Shown: one piece after another, positions 62,825 to 64,000 of the stretch
How the letters are laid out: the number at the start of each line of letters is the position of its first letter
Position numbering within the stretch: position 1 is the stretch's first letter
Assembly (NCBI RefSeq): GCF_000143415.4
Contig: NW_003314261.1
Location: 1,440,117 to 1,504,116, forward strand
Reading direction: 5' to 3'
DNA from: Selaginella moellendorffii
Taxonomy: Eukaryota > Plantae > Lycopodiophyta
DNA: 64,000 nucleotides
The notes under the pieces: model-generated
The model's database searches: none
What the model saw: only the letters and a program-made list of their open reading frames with translations
What the model was told of the DNA's origin: nothing
Program-made: the position numbers and the translations under genes

Positions 62825-63961
62825 CTAGCCTCCATAACGATCACGGAGATGTTCCGGAGGCTGTTCTTTCATTATACCCGGATGAGCGTCCAAGTACTCT
62901 CGTATTCTTGTTCTTCGGTCCCCGAGGTAAGTGTGGTCTAAGAAGCTTTCGAATGCATCCTGCCCAAGATTTTTCGCTGCTAGAACACTGGCACCAACGA
63001 AATGTAAGAAATGAGAAAAGAGACTGCTCATACCAATGATGAAGATAGAGTCGGCAAGGGAGTATGTCATCACGCCATATCTGCTGGATTCCATGCTTTC
63101 CATAGCGTTCGTAGAAGACGTCCTTGTTTCCTACAATCCAGTGTCGCATGTTTCGTTTCAGAAAGGTGTCCCAACAGGTAACTGTCACCTTGGCAGCGAA
63201 TGGACAAGTATTCCTCGTCGCTGTACTTGGCACAAATCACCTGGTTGCTCAAATAAGCTCAGGGATCTTCCAGATACCGTCAGAATACTCACAGCCTTAC
63301 AGAGATGAATCGCATTTTCTTCAGAAGAGTTGACAACGGCCACCTAAAGAGAGAAAAACAAATACGTAAAACAAAGGCCGGTTGAATCACCCGAGACTTA
63401 CTTCGAGAAACCGAAACTCGTGTTCCCGCTGTATGAAAGCCGGAACCTGCAATAAGAAAAAAAGAAAACGAACTCACAGAGATCCGAAACGAATGTCTAC
63501 CTCAAGCAGAGAGATTTCGAAGACAGTGACGACTATGGACTCCCCAATGCATGGCTCCACGCTCAAGCTCGACATTTCCTGTGAGGAACAAATATAACCA
63601 GCAAAAGTTGTGAAGAAAGAAAAACGTTATCGAAAAAAGTTCTACGTAGATAGTGTTTCCTACCTTTGTTTCAACATTCGCGATGCCGCGTTCCAGAAAT
63701 ATTGGAGCGATGTGCGCAAAGATCCGTCGAAAGTTTTTGACGACTCCAGGTCGGAAATTGAGAAGCCTGGGAAACGTGGAGCGAGCACTCTTTTCTAAAC
63801 GCACAGCTCAAAGTTAGATAAAAAGAAAAGGAATGAAAGAATGACTTACCAGAAAGAAGGGAACCAAAGCCACAGATTGAGACCAATCCATTGCTTGAAA
63901 TGGCCGCGAAATCCGACGCATTCTCGAGCTCTCTGGAGAATGGAGCAGCATTTGCATCCAT
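62825..63961 (-). CDS. Conserved plant protein with gamma-glutamylcyclotransferase-like GFGSL motif
   Basis: Spliced: SICGFGSLLS..SARSTFP..FRRIFAHIAPIFLERGIAN..SSLSVEPC..REHEFRF..IWRDDILPCRLYL..FLDHTYLGDR..RYGG*. Confidence 0.8.
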
Positions 63962-64000
63962 CCCTGGAAATCTATGAACACCCTGACGATCGCAATGCGC

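Noticed and set aside
62680-63333. Plus-strand ORFs
   Set aside because: Antisense to the conserved minus-strand GGCT-like gene

Overview
Eukaryotic nuclear DNA from a seed-free land plant, most likely the lycophyte Selaginella. This is an inference from the 40-60 nt introns, very short intergenic gaps, an intronless PLS-class PPR gene, a ciliary CCDC113-like gene and Hog/Hint genes. Gene-dense islands (19.3-33.1 kb, 36.7-39.7 kb, 46.7-64 kb) alternate with AT-rich, decayed transposon regions: a MULE-like transposase, Ty3/gypsy and copia remnants, a small TRIM-type LTR element and an inverted-repeat element. There is a 100-N gap at 9381-9480. Recognisable genes are a FAS1-amidase fusion, TTL (allantoin synthase), CCDC113-like, a hevein-like membrane protein, FAD2, PPR, RGP1-like, a plastid alpha/beta hydrolase, two GH3 copies, two NHR2-like copies and a GGCT-like protein. 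Two features are most unusual. (1) A family of Hedgehog-type Hint (Hog) genes, each made of a signal peptide, a ~27-aa four-Cys peptide, a Hint domain and a sterol-recognition-like tail. One copy is intact (51135-52138), one is a minus-strand pseudogene the ORF track misses (16038-16996), and one is a 3' fragment. (2) Two intact genes and one fragment encoding alpha2delta/CACHD1-like single-pass proteins (dCache_1 amino-acid-binding motif split by a MIDAS vWA domain) that lack a kinase. All exon structures were assembled by eye and protein identities are from memory, not database searches.
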